The notes: generated by a model from the sequence alone, not told the origin. DNA of 61,930 nucleotides, filler included, from Hausera hauseri (GCA_046269625.1; 12 parts of 12 records of this genome joined end to end with filler, not necessarily neighbours in it); one strand, 5' to 3'; positions 46,601 to 59,302 are shown, counted from the whole stretch's first letter. Numbers and translations are program-made.

Positions 46601-47046
46601 AGGTCCAATATGGAATATTTTGAGAGGACTATCGAGGTGGAGCCAGGTCGGTTGATCGTGAAATACAGTGGAGACGCCACGGACAGCAATATTCGGGATA
46701 ATTGTTGTCCGATGGATCCACGTATTACGGTCAATGATGATGAACGATCATCAGCTGTTGTTCCAGCAATCAACAAACAATTGTATTCAGGTGGACTGAC
46801 TGCACATGTGGTTGTTGAGGATGGAGACAGTGGTGTTACCATAATTAAACGAATTGCAGATGACATGGCCATAGGAGGTAGCGTATTGACTGACAATCCA
46901 TTAGTAATTCTGTTGTAGATTACAAAAGGATCAGCTTATTTACCATGGATAACAGGCCAGTTGATAGATCGACATACTTCACCGTTGTTAGAGATGCAGT
47001 GAACATTGGCAAAACACCAATTAAGTCACTGAGATATGATGTCTAG
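43690..47046 (+). CDS. LARS1: Cytosolic leucyl-tRNA synthetase; one frameshift at the A-run 43989-43996, predicted 41-nt intron 46878-46918, native N-terminus missing
   Basis: [70 protein letters not shown] editing domain, KMSKS; removing the GT..AG intron opens a last exon ending RYDV*. Confidence 0.93.
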
Positions 47047-47776
47047 AAGAATCTTTCTTTTGTATTCTTTTTAGGAATAAATTTTCATTGGTTGTGTTTT
47101 TACAATTTCATGTGTTTTCTTACGATATTCTAAATATAAAATGGAATTTTTTTTAATTTCTGTAATACGGCAAGTTTTTATTTCATTTGGTTTTGTTAAA
47201 TTTTTATTGAAATATAGCTTATATACAGCGGTAACTAAAAGTATTGTCGAGTATTTTTTTATTAGTAACTGGTCTTTTCTTTTCCATTTATTCAAATTGA
47301 CTTATTTAGTTCTGAAAATTAACATCCAAGAAGTAAAATCAGTTGATTTTAATCAACTAGACGCACAGCAAAGAAAAGCCGGTATATTTTCAGACAAGCC
47401 AAAAACGAGAGTAAGTCAGCAAGCAAGTCACAAATGGAAACAAATACTCACTGAGATATTTACGTGTCAGCCGTTTTAATTAACTAACATGGTCTCCACC
47501 AACCTTGATATACCTATGCCTATACTGTCTACTGTTACTTGTTTGTGGGCTCCTATCATTTCTTCCACCTGCCGTACTGTTGGTTCCGCCCCAGTTTAAA
47601 TTGGCTGAGCGTCCTTCACACACATTTGTGTGCACTGTAATATGAGATGCACACTTCCTCTACTAAACATTTCCTTGTGAAAATTCGTTCTAGGATGTCC
47701 TCTTGCATACAGAACTAAGCAACATCACTTTGCTCATCTCACGTAACTAAACGAGCACAGTCGCCATTTCTTAAAC

Positions 47777-47829
47777 CAGGGGTTCCCAACCTTTTTAATG
47801 CCCCGAACCCCTAAAATATTTTAATATGT
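47777..47829 (+). mobile_element. hAT (Charlie-like) element terminus
   Basis: CAGGGGTTCCCAACCTTTT terminal motif. Confidence 0.6.
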
Positions 47830-47929
47830 NNNNNNNNNNNNNNNNNNNNNNNNNNNNNNNNNNNNNNNNNNNNTTAATTAATTAANNNNNNNNNNNNNNN
47901 NNNNNNNNNNNNNNNNNNNNNNNNNNNNN

Positions 47930-49690
47930 TTGCACTTTATCTTTCTGGTTTCATCTACTTCCATCGGTTCATGTTCGTTATGTTTCTCATATCTCTTGAC
48001 CTGTTTATTTTTCACTTTCCATTCAGGTTCTTCTGGCCTGTATTCTCTACTGCTTCCTCTTGTGTACTGTCTACCATCTCTACTTATTGTTCTGCCTTTT
48101 AACGTATCATGTCTTGGTTTCATATCTGTGTACTGTCTTTCCTCATATATATATCACGTTTATCCCTGTTTCGTATGAGTTCTCTTTGCTAGCATCTGGG
48201 GTGTGTAGTTCGCTTCTGGTTGTAGGTTCTATACCCATCATACTTGGTACCTCTTTCTTTGATTTGCTTCTTGGTTAAAGTACTGTCTTGTGATGGTCTT
48301 CTAGTTTTTAGATTTTGTATTGTCTCATCTGTACATTGCTTGTTTCGTTCTACTTTTGTTTGATAAAATGCTTTGTCATGATTATTGACTTTTCTAATTT
48401 TGTTTGTCTTGGCCATCGAACTATTCAATGTGGCCCTTCCTGTGTTCCTGCACTGTACGGACCTTGCTAAACAGCAGGATTTGTGTTTCCCTTCTTCTCT
48501 TGATCTCTGTTTTCTCTGTGTTCATTATTACATTTCGACAAAATTTCGTGAAGTGTCCTTCGTTGCCACACTTGAAACATCATTTGCCATTTGTCATTCA
48601 CCCTGTATCATCTATTCTGTATGTTCTGCTATGACATTCTTTTGCTATATGGCCTTCCTAACATCGAATACATTTCTCTACTTCATGTATAGATCTTCTG
48701 TGTCCATGTCATTTCTCTCTGTAGTGATCATGTTCTGTGTGTCGACCATGCCATTTTGGTCTGTAGTGATCAATATCCATGTGTTCTTCACTTTGATCAT
48801 CAAACTTATCTCTTCCTAGTCTGATATTGATACGTTTCCCAAAATGTTCTTCATCGAAAGCATTTTGAATTGCATCTTGAATAGTCTTTGGTTCCTCTTT
48901 CATTAGCTGGATCTTGATGCGTGTGTTTCGTAAACCGTTGATAAAAATTGGAGTTAGTGACTTCCCAATTTCTTCTGAAATGACATCTTGACCAACATAA
49001 GCATCCTCCGCCATATTGAGAAGCTTGTCACCATACAATTGCGTAGCCTCCCCTTTTTCTTGCCTGATCTTTCTCAGTGTTGCAATCGCATACTGCATGT
49101 CATTTATCTCTGCATACATATTGGCGGGTTTCTTTTTGAATGCCTCTTACGTTTCGTCTGGGTGTGTCTTGAATCTTCTTCGTACAAAATGTACAAAATC
49201 ATTTGCCAGCTCGTCTGTAGTCATATACGGCAGTTCTTTTTTTCTTCAGTTGTGGCTTTGACCATATGACTATATTTCTCTATCTGCGATAGCCATGTTT
49301 TGAACTGTTTAGTTTCTTGCCCATTAAACGATTGTACAAATGTCCGTATATTCTGATGCTTACTATTGAGGTCAACTTTTGTGACCATTGTCTCGATTTT
49401 TTCCAACGCTTTCCTCACAGGGTCATTTCTCCCTGCCAGTGGTTTTACTGGGTGTGGTCTTCCTTCTCTGACTGGTGTCTGACCTCACGCCTGCAAACTT
49501 TCAAGCTTCTTGCACACTTCTTCATGTGCTGCATTTATTTCTTCATTACTGATCTGCATGGCTGTGTTATTTGCCATCATGGTGTCAAGCTGATGCTGTG
49601 GTATTGCAACCATTCGCTCACCCATTGCCGGATTTCCTATGGTGTAACTTCCACTTTCCGTCATATTGTCCGTAATACTGTTACTCAAAT
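47930..49690 (-). pseudogene. Gypsy Gag (capsid plus several zinc knuckles), decayed
   Basis: FNG...KQFKTWL..IEK; L..IRQ.KGE..Q.YG.KL; FINGL...IK..L...PKT.QDAI; HMDID and EPMEVD motifs; CFKCGNEGHF.KFC. Confidence 0.85.
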
Positions 49691-50145
49691 TTAAAACGAA
49701 CTGTTCGTAATCAATGATTAAGTATGGCTAAATCGTTTGAACACACGATATTTGGCCTCTCTGACTAGTATCTCCGTGTAGTTTCCTCGAATTTCAATTA
49801 ACACAAACCGTAGAATATTCCCCACAGCGCTGGGTAATTTCCGTTTCGCTGATGAATATAGAATCAACAATATGCCACACTCATTTTATTGTGTGACAAA
49901 CACAAACCAACAACTTCGTAGTTTCCTTATAGCTCCAACACGTACGAACAACCTGATGGTTACGTAAAAGAAATCGTTGCCGTAAGGACATACAGTCCCT
50001 TTAGCTCTCTCATAGAGCGCAGCTATATTTTGTTATGGTGGGTGCTATAACTAAGCCATGGCCACATGGACACAAAGTCCATCCACTGTCAGAATGACAT
50101 CCTCACAGCTTGCGGATTTCGATGAGAATGCCCCATTGATAACTT

Positions 50146-50330
50146 CCAAATACTTTTTGTAGGTAAAACCCAAGCCACTCCTTTCTTTTCTTGACTTCCT
50201 GTCAATAATCTGGCACTCCCAAAACAATTTCGGCCGCTAAGTTTCAAATACTTTTTGTAGGTAAAACCCAAGACACTCCTTTCTTTTCTTGATTTCCTGT
50301 CTTTAAACTGGCACTCCCAAAAACAATTTC
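50146..50330. repeat. Tandem duplication of about 100 bp
   Basis: CAAATACTTTTTGTAGGTAAAACCCAAG.CACTCCTTTCTTTTCTTGA.TTCCTGTC...CTGGCACTCCCAAAA(A)CAATTTC occurs twice. Confidence 0.9.
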
Positions 50331-50829
50331 CGTTTTCCTTGCATGAGTGTTCATTGTGGCTTTTTTGTAGCTAGCTTGTTGATGTCTCTTTCTAGTGTTG
50401 CGGTCCTTCTATGGCGCTTTCTGACTTTGCGGTCTTTACTCTACGACAACACGCCCGTTTCCCAATAAAAGAACATTTTTTCTACTTCTGTAGACAAAAT
50501 TTCTTTCTCGTCTCCTGTAGTTCACATGTCGGCAATCCGCCCTTTACCCAATGAAAAAGTATTTTCCATTGCTTTGCATTCAGTTGAAGGGATGTTAATA
50601 ATGTGCTTCATCATGTCTTTACATTGTGCATTGTTCGGTGGAAATGGAAAATATTTTCCCGGTGTTCACATAGTGATAGGACTTCGACTTTCTGGAATGT
50701 AAGCTTCGGTTATACAGTCTTGGTGTCTCGATATTCCATTTACATTTCATTGGCTGGGTGTTCGCCTGTCTCTGCTACCTCATTTTGCTTATCTTCTGTA
50801 GCGTTCTTTTTCTGTGCAGGTTGATGAAA

Positions 50830-51330
50830 TTCTTCGGTTGAGCATAAACATTGTGCCTTTAAATACAATCACTGCTATGAAGATCATGATACTAATGTTA
50901 TTTGTGTTACTATCACCGTCTAAATCTCGAATTGTCTGAAAATGTTCTAACTCATTGAGCGTGTCATGATAGTTGATCTTTTCTATGTCTTTCAGGTGTG
51001 TTGTGGCTTGCTAAAGTTCAACTTCACACTGTAGGCTGTTGTGTTATCTTCAAGACAGTTCCATTACTGTAAACGGAGGTATGTTGTGTTTTCTCTCCTT
51101 ACGAAATACATTTGTTTGAAGCATCAATCTGGCTCTGGTTAATTGCGCTTCGATGTCATTCAACTGACTTTGAAAAGTGATTAATGATTGAATAATTACT
51201 AATCTCCTATGAGCATGTACAGTGTGTACACCTTTGATTTTCACAAACATCGTACCATTCGTCTGTAACGATTTCTTTCTTGGTCTGAGTCGATTTGGCA
51301 ATGACCGCACATACTTATGCTACTATCATT
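50830..51330 (-). pseudogene. Possible internally deleted env remnant downstream of integrase
   Basis: NGTMFVKI.GV......RLVII..L resembles F-type env N-termini; hydrophobic ISIMIFIAVIVF near the end. Confidence 0.4.
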
Positions 51331-52579
51331 TGATAGAACTGCATCGTTACTTTCCGGTTTTTCCTGTGGACGAATATTGTTCAACCGTATTATGATTAGG
51401 GTAACTTCAGTACTGTTTGCAACAACAATTTCATAACGCTATCTTCTTTCATGACTTTCTGGTCTTCTGCTATAACGTCGTGTCTACTTTCTGCTTCCAT
51501 TTCCACTGTATTTATTGTTTATCTTCGTTTACTGATAGCTTGATTCGCATGAGGGTGTCTCATATCTATCTGATTTACCTCAGCCGTAGGGTCTCTTCTG
51601 CTGACTGTATCAGTCAACTGTTTCCCAAGTTTCGTTATCATTGCAGTTTTCTCAAATTTTGCTTCTTCAATTTTGCCCACTTGATTTTCTAAATCTCGTA
51701 TAATTGCATCAGTTTCGCACACTTTGCATTGAAGTTCATTTACTCGTTTATCCGATTCTTGTTTTGCTTCTGTAAGCTTTTCCCCAATTTTACGAATATC
51801 TTTCATTTCTCTATCCTTTTGCTCTACTGTCGTGTGTATTTCGGCTATCTTGGCTTCTATTTGGGTTCTTGCTTTTTCTTGATTCTTTCTGACTTCTTGT
51901 ATCCGTGTTGCAATATTCTGTCATTTGGTTTTCATGGCTGTGCTTATAGGTATTCGTGATTCTTTTTGGTCGGTATCTTCAGTTTTTCTAACATATTTCT
52001 TTTGTAAAGCTGCTTGCTGGGTGATTTTATTTCTGCGTTCTTCTTCGGTAGAAGTCCCTGTATCTCGTGTTCTCTTGGCACTTCTTGCTATGTGTTCCAT
52101 TTCACACGTTTCTGTTTCTGAGTCTTCTTCAACAACTGTGTCGGAAGAGTGTGCTTCTGACTTGCCTAATGTCTCTATCTTGCAACCGTCTCCTCCATTC
52201 AGGTATTTGTAGATCACTGTCTTCAGATGAAGTTTGTAACATATTTCTGGATCGCTTCATTTGTCGAGCTTTAGCTTCTTCGAATCTCCGTCTTGCTTCT
52301 TCTCGAGTTTTGGGGTATGACTGGCTTGTATCGGACTCAACTCTTTATGTTGGTGATTCTGCTTTCTCACTGGTCTTTGAGGTTACTCTCAGTGGTACTG
52401 GACCTATTTCATACCTGGTATCGCTGTCTTCATCATCCGATGTCTCACTACTTTCTTCTCTTGATAATTCTGTTTTATTTTCTTCCGGTTGTACTACATA
52501 TCTAGTTTTTCTGAACTTTTCTCTGGCGTGTACCCATGGTTCATTTGACAATGTCCGATCATCTCGTCGGATGTAGTCT

Positions 52580-53241
52580 GTTGTTGCTGTTTGCCCTGTG
52601 TATTGGTTTCGGACAAAATAGTTTACTGGTCCACGTTGTTCTACAATCTTGTACCCTGGAATCCATAGATTGTCAAATTTCGAATTTCTGTGCTGCTTTC
52701 TATAGCAAACTTATCGCCGATTTCAAAATTCTGAGGTATCGTTTTTCGGTCGCTTCTTTCTTTTCTTTTCTGGAACGCATTTCGAACATTCCTGCTGACT
52801 TCGACCATAATTTCATGCTGCTTTTGTAGCATATATTTGTCATATTCTTCCCCATGGTACTTATACTTGGGTTGTAGCATATTGTCTAATGGTAGGATCG
52901 GCTCTCGTCCAAATATCTTTTTGAATGGCGAGTGTCTCCGGCTACCATTCTCCATAACTCGGACTACTGTGGCTGCTTGGTTCAAATACAGATCGCATTC
53001 TTTGACTTGGTCATTGACATACTTGGCTATGATGTGCTATAACATTGTGTGTTGTCTCTCGTTAATACCATTCGCTCCTGGATTATAGTGTGCTGTTCTT
53101 ACCTGCTTTATATTAGTTCTCAAAGCGTGTCACTTAGGGCTTTGTTAACGAACTCTGTGCCTCTGTGCCATTATCTGTAATGACAACTTTTGGGCAACAA
53201 TACCTGGGTATGAACTGTTCGACTAGTATACCCACAATGTT
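52580..53241 (-). pseudogene. Gypsy integrase core end and GPY/F region
   Basis: PRYCCPKVVITDNG; HSPFKKIFGREP.LP.D; FEIGD; KFDNLWIPGY.IVEQRGPVNY. Confidence 0.85.
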
Positions 53242-53341
53242 NNNNNNNNNNNNNNNNNNNNNNNNNNNNNNNNNNNNNNNNNNNNTTAATTAATTAANNN
53301 NNNNNNNNNNNNNNNNNNNNNNNNNNNNNNNNNNNNNNNNN

Positions 53342-53617
53342 TGCACTTGTGCTGCACTCCTGCATTGTGCACAGTCGATGTGCACTGATGGGCGCTATGG
53401 CTTAGCACTTTGCCCTGATCAATTCGATCAATACTGCACTGTGCAGCGATCGATTTGTCAAATGTGCTTAGCAAGGGTGCCTGGCGGCACCGTCGCCTAG
53501 CACACTGCCGATCGATAGTGCACAGTGTGCACTATCGATTAGCACATGTGCACTATCGATTTATCGACGCACACACCCCGGAGAGGAGGTGGGACAGAAT
53601 CTCGATTTTATCCTAAT
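53342..53617 (-). repeat. Palindrome-rich terminal repeat, copy B (inverted)
   Basis: Reverse complement aligns with 17560-17840 (GAGATTCTGTCCCACC; GTGCTAGGC.ACGGTGCCG..AGGCACC.TTGCTAAGCACAT). Confidence 0.8.
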
Positions 53618-54544
53618 AACGATTCATTCAAAAATTATTATTTCTATCAACTAGTACTTAAACATATTACCTTTATTCTTAGGACTGGTGAAATTATGAT
53701 CAAGGTAAGGGACTCAACGACATGTTTCATTTAATTTCCTTAGCAAATATCAATACTTCAAAGTATTTCGACGGATCTATTCTGTTACTCGCCACAGATT
53801 GGTTACTTTTTCGTCATGTCCGCCCTTGATTATTCTACTTTGCTTCGTACCGTCCAGTGATACGATAAGACAACGCATAACTCGTTGGTCATCGACAATT
53901 CTGTAAGTAGAGCACAGATAATCCGTTCATAACCACGCCGACTAATTCATATTGGTCACTATATACTTTAAGAAGTCAAATAACTATCATACACATTGCC
54001 ATTATCCATATGCATATGTCAAATCATTAGTTATTTTCATTCACAAAATCTTGAATTGTTCGACATGATTCGTCATGAGAAGTCGAATTCTTCTTAAATT
54101 TCAATATAATGCAGGGCGAGACTAAATCACAGTCAAGCTATGCTCTCATTCATGTATTTATTCCCCTTTATATATGGGCGATTCCCAGGTTTATAGCATA
54201 ACCAAATCATACTAGCTTTCAAATATACTTCTTAAAACATCATGTGCATTGACCAATATGAATTCCACTGAGATGCGTGAGACATATAATGACTTCTGAC
54301 ATTTATCGTTGTCATCACACGCTTTAGTAATGCCCCACTGACAAATACATTTAACTGGGATGCAGAAATTACAGAGAACTTTTCCATTAGAGTTGATTGC
54401 ATGACTTCATAGAGTTTACACCGTCCAGCGCATATACTCTCACTGTTTACCTGTCTGTCAAGTAAACTGTTAGAGGCGATTCGAATTTCTGTCAAGAACC
54501 CTCCTTCTATTATGGAGGATCCTTCAGTCACCATGGCCGCGGCG

Positions 54545-55276
54545 CCCTGACATTCCTTGATGAAAATGTCGAAATGAACACAGATAAATATTTGGAGATT
54601 TTTTATGGAAAACTACAAAGATTCACGACAGTTGGTGGCTGCACCACCTTTCAACAGAATTATGCTGCATGCCAGGTTTCCGGAAGGGCTAGTTCGTGGT
54701 TTGCCAGGAAGGACATCGAGCTGCTGAAATGGCCGGGTAATAGTCCCAATGATTTTTAAAACAAAGTTATCTAGTAGACGTTTTACTAATCCAGTATAAT
54801 TCCGGAGTGAAATCAGGATGATATGGTACCAGAAGGTGGCGGATGAGGTGTGTGAACGATTGGTGTAGAGTATGCCAATAAGAATTTCATGGGTTATGAA
54901 GAACAAAGGATGCGCCATTAATTATTAGCTGTTACAATTGTAAAGTGCTTACACACGTTTATTCATATGTATTTAACTGTTTCTAACTATGTCTGCATTT
55001 TTCTTGAATTGATATCTCATTTGGATCATTTTTTCTAAAAATTTCTTAAAATCGTTATATGCATAGTGTTGGTTAAAAATTAAAATTCTGTACACTTAAA
55101 AGGTTTAAGCTGCCAGGCAAATTATGCAGAATTATTTGAACTTGACTGTAGAAAACTGAATAAGACTATAAGTCTAAATTTACATGTATAATCAAGCATA
55201 GGCTCTATAAACATGAAAATACATAACAGCATAACGGTAAAAGTTTGCCGATCAAAAACTTTTGCACGACACTGTA
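54545..55276 (+). mobile_element. Tc1/mariner transposase C-terminal remnant plus 3' TIR
   Basis: MN..KY.EI; FQQNYAAC (FQQDNAPCH); WF..KDI.LLKWPGNSP; SMP.RI..V.KNKG; terminal ACTTTTGCACGACACTG-TA. Confidence 0.85.
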
Positions 55277-56341
55277 CAAATCTTGATTGGTAAAAGCAAT
55301 ATATAACAGTTATTAATTGTTTCTGTTGTATGAATACTCACGAAATAGAGATTGTAGTCCCGAAAAAATATAATTTATTACCGTAAATATGTTAATTATA
55401 CATTGGGTCAGTTGCAATAAACGTAATGGTTTAAAACAGTATTATTAACCTATTTGTATTTCATATTGCTTTTAAGTTTCGAATTTAAACTTTGGACTGC
55501 TTTGGAATTTCGTTAGGGCCAGAAATTACGGTTGTTAAGTAGGTAGATGTGTCGACTCGTTCTCACTTATCAAAAAAGTGCCCAATCTGCTCGGTAAGCA
55601 TATTGCCTCACATATCTCGCTATAACGGTCATTTACGGTAAAATTTTCCCACAACCCCCTTGCCAAAAAGGAGGTCGATCAATGGACTTCGGACCGAGTC
55701 ATATCGGTAGCGCGTGAAGAGACGAGCAAAGATTTATAGCGGTGAGCAGCTCGGAAATGTAAGCGAGAGGAGCCAGGAGACAAAAAAGCAAAACCTGAAA
55801 TGCTCCACGGGTTACGCAGAACTGATTACTGGTATATTGAAACTTTGAATGAAGGTTTAATCGATGTCGGAAAATCGATTGGTTACATCTTGAAGCTCTT
55901 TTGAATATGGGAACGTGGGGGGAAATTTAAAACTCAAAAAAGTTCCCCTTGTCNNNNNNNNNNGGAAATCAGTTAGACACGTAGCCTGTCACAACATGTA
56001 TATTTCATATTATAGACGCCTCACGATCAAATCATCGGGAGATGGTGAAAAACGCCTCAAAACGCATTAGTGGTAAAAATCATCATCATTGCAAAAATCA
56101 AATTTTATTCTATTGTACAACAACAACAACAATTACATCCGACGAGTCCATTAAATTACGATCACACAAACCATAACCAATTACTACTGCTCATAACGAG
56201 AATGTCAGATTACAATGGTAAAGGTGTATCACTATTAAACAAGTGATACAAACTAATGAGTCGCGACAAATGTTGTAATTGTGCAATAATAGAATCCAAT
56301 ATTTGTAACAAAATGTAACAAAGAAATAATATATTTCAAAT

Positions 56342-56722
56342 TCATACAAGTGTTTGTAATATAAGCCACAATGAACAGTAATGTCCACATAATACGGTCA
56401 ATGGATGTTAATAATGGAGTCGATTATATTCAGGACGATGATGACGTGATTGTCTTTCAGTTTGAGAAACTAACGATGAGAAATAATAAAATCCGAGCGG
56501 GTCTAATACTCTGACGACGGTCGGATGTACTTACACAGCAATCCTATGTTATTCCGGTAACGACGATGTGTGTGTATTGACAATAACACCACTACAACTA
56601 GTTTATAGTAGGTCACTCGGCACACGGTTCAGTAAAAACACATCGCGGAATTTCGCACCCAAGAGCAGTTTTTCGTAGTGACTGAGCTCATTGGAGCTAA
56701 ACGTAAAACGTGATTTAAGCAT
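56342..56722 (-). pseudogene. Polinton adenain-like cysteine protease, disrupted
   Basis: FRDVF....P...VIVNT..S..P.*H.IAV...LDPLG, then YN...Y*...CGHYC around the catalytic Cys. Confidence 0.75.
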
Positions 56723-56789
56723 AACAATAATAATAAATTATTTTATGGTACTGAGAAAAAGAGAGATATCCGATTTTATTTACACATTG

Positions 56790-57310
56790 ACGGTTCCGTT
56801 TTTTGTTATTTCTACTTTCGCTTCAAACACACCTTAAAGTACATAACAGTAGACTCTTCCAGCGCTTTGGCAAAGTGAACCTCCAGTGTCAGGTTTCCTT
56901 GATGAGGTAGTTGAGACTGCTCAACGTCATAATCAGGAGCCAGAACAAATCCATTGATATTCCATTGTTGACGTTTTTGTTCAGCAATCCCATATTACGC
57001 ACGATAGATTGCATATGTATGCAAATATAATCATAGGTCTCAAAATTTTTCTTATACGTTTAAACGAAATCCGTATTTTTGCCCAAACTGATATAATTCA
57101 CATTGCTACAGGTAAACGTTTCTGACTCAATGGAATAATTACCGCTTTGTTTAGTAGTCGAGTGAAATGTTACAAGCACAAATTTCGGCATTCGCGTATC
57201 GCCAAACAGCGCGTCCTTATAAAACGATGTCGAACCTTTGGATGTGGTGCGAAACACGAGTTCTGTGCGTCTTAATGGATAACAGGCATTTTGTGTTTCC
57301 AAGCCCATGA
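56790..57310 (-). pseudogene. Polinton major capsid protein, C-terminal half, disrupted
   Basis: YPLRRTE...T.SKGSTS..KDALFG...PKFV; NMGLLNKNVNNGISMD; FVLAPD...GNLTLEVHFAKAL; lies directly upstream of the protease. Confidence 0.78.
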
Positions 57311-57479
57311 NNNNNNNNNNNNNNNNNNNNNNNNNNNNNNNNNNNNNNNNNNNNTTAATTAATTAANNNNNNNNNNNNNNNNNNNNNNNNNNNNNNNNNN
57401 NNNNNNNNNNAACCATCCGAAGACGAAATAGAGCAAAATTGGGAATCTTACAGACTAGTCCCAGATGGCCGAAATACTT

Positions 57480-57930
57480 GAATATTGGCCGTAAACTACG
57501 GAGAAAAGAATTACGGATGGTACTTTCAGATCGAAATATCCATCAGAAATACTAATGGGGAGGAAATCATAAACAAAATAGTCGCACCTCGGGCTAGGAT
57601 AAAGGATACTTTTCTCGACGAGACTGGAATCACGAAGCCGCAGTTTGAAAAGGGAAAAGATTTTTTAGAGATCCAAGAAGATATAAGCCATTGCTTATAT
57701 GGGTACGTCGTTACCGGATTTCGAGTGCACGAAGCGTTGGAGCGACTAGGAATCAGATAAGAATACATAGCCGGAATTCGCGAATTGAGTCGGAACCCAG
57801 CAGTAGTAAGCCAAGTGGAAAGTACATTGGTGCGGAAAAGAGGCTGTATGCTTCCGTCAGCATCCCGCGAATCGCAATTTAAGATGATGCTAGAAGCCAT
57901 GAATGCAATCGATTCAAATTCCCTAAGCTA
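57480..57930 (+). pseudogene. REX4/ISG20-like DEDDh exonuclease-fold domain; ExoI acidic residues not evident
   Basis: ISI.N.NG..I.NKIV.P..RI.D....TGI....F..G.DF.EIQ.DI...L.G.VVTG....L..LGI parallels the REX4/ISG20 pattern. Confidence 0.55.
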
Positions 57931-58525
57931 ATGACAGTTAGCCAAAGGACCAAATTTATAAAGGATATCTATAAATCATTACAATTGGATCACGAATGGA
58001 AACCCAGAAGTCCCATAAAGAATACGATGTCTGACAATAACCCCAAGGCACTGATACAGAAATTCCGAAAAGGGTTTAGTGAATACCCTAGCTACCGACA
58101 AATCGAAACCCGTGAACATAACCAATTCCGAATAACAGTCTATAACAATCCAATAGAAGTCTCAACCAATCCATAGAAACCATCAACCAGTAAAGCTCAA
58201 GCAGAAGTAACAATAAGAGCTTATAATTTCAAGAAACCGAAGAGGCAAAAGACAAAGACCTCATTTCTGGACTATATCAATAAAAAAAGAAGCAAGACCA
58301 GCAAGGGTCTAACGACAGATAACTTAATCCCGGAGAAATCTATAAAAGATCAGAAAGGAGTAGCAAATCAGGAAAATGGAAAGAATATAGAGAAACCGAA
58401 CTAGAAATTATAAGCCTAAACCCTTAAAAACGGAAGTTAACGTTCTTCGGAAGAACTGGAAAGAAGATACCCCAATTATCGTCACAGAATTTGGTCAGGT
58501 AAAAGAATATAAACGAATCCTCGTC

Positions 58526-59302
58526 ATGGCCGATTACTATAGCAAAGGAAAGATCAAAGATGCTATATTTTACGTATCTACCGTTCCAAGACGGGTAGAG
58601 AGTGGAAACGGATATGCCAGAGAAGACCACACTATCGGCAAATACCTAGCCCCAATATTTCAATCAAAGAGTGGCACTAACAGATTAACAATTCCCGTGG
58701 ATACCCAAGTTAGGATTCAACTAAAAGAACAGTACAAGAAGACTGGAGTATCCGATTTGGACAAACAAGAAATCGTCGAATGGACCTTAGTCGCAGTATC
58801 TGATTACTCAAAGAAAAGCTTAATAGACACAAATCAAAAGACATTGTACGGATACTTATATCAAGACAAGAAAGGACCTGTATTTGAGAGAATAGAAGTG
58901 GATGAAAACCTTGTGGACATTGATGCAGCTGAAAAAGAAGAATGCCCCGTTTGCGATGCGGATCTCTATCAAGGTTTCGTAGTCTTAGATAACAAGGGTT
59001 GAAGTCATAAATAGTGCAGATACTGTTTGGAAACGTGGACCCTGAAAAATTCGAAAACGACCTTCCCAGTATGCAGAGCTGAAGCTACAAGGCTGAGATA
59101 CTACTCGAATGGAGATTATAAGAAAATAGTGGAGATATTGCCCGAACAGGCCACTACATCCTATCTTATTGACTCGCAATCACTATTTAACAAAACAGAT
59201 TCGGAAGCGAACTTACGCAGACGAATGAACAGATTACGCGGCATCTCTACTGACGCAATGGGCACATCCGAGAGTGCCGTTCAGGGAGGAAAAATGTTCT
59301 AG
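58526..59302 (+). pseudogene. ORF with a C3HC4 RING finger (two in-frame stops inside the RING)
   Basis: One frame reads CPVC...G*SHK*CRYCLETW......FPVCR; TGA, TAG and TTC are each one substitution from the expected Cys, Tyr and Cys. Confidence 0.75.

Noticed and set aside
46171-46896. 241-aa minus-strand ORF and other short antisense ORFs over LeuRS, pPolB and pol genes
   Set aside because: These are shadow ORFs of the real coding strand with no recognisable motifs.
4860-57310. One complete Polinton reconstructed from the integrase/ATPase, pPolB and capsid/protease contigs
   Set aside because: The pieces are on separate contigs, and the two capsid fragments overlap yet differ, so more than one element is involved.
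4760-57410. Recurring TTAATTAATTAA flanked by Ns as a biological repeat, and gene neighbourhoods across these spacers
   Set aside because: It is an artificial linker. Adjacency between contigs carries no biological meaning, and ORFs running into X residues are artefacts.
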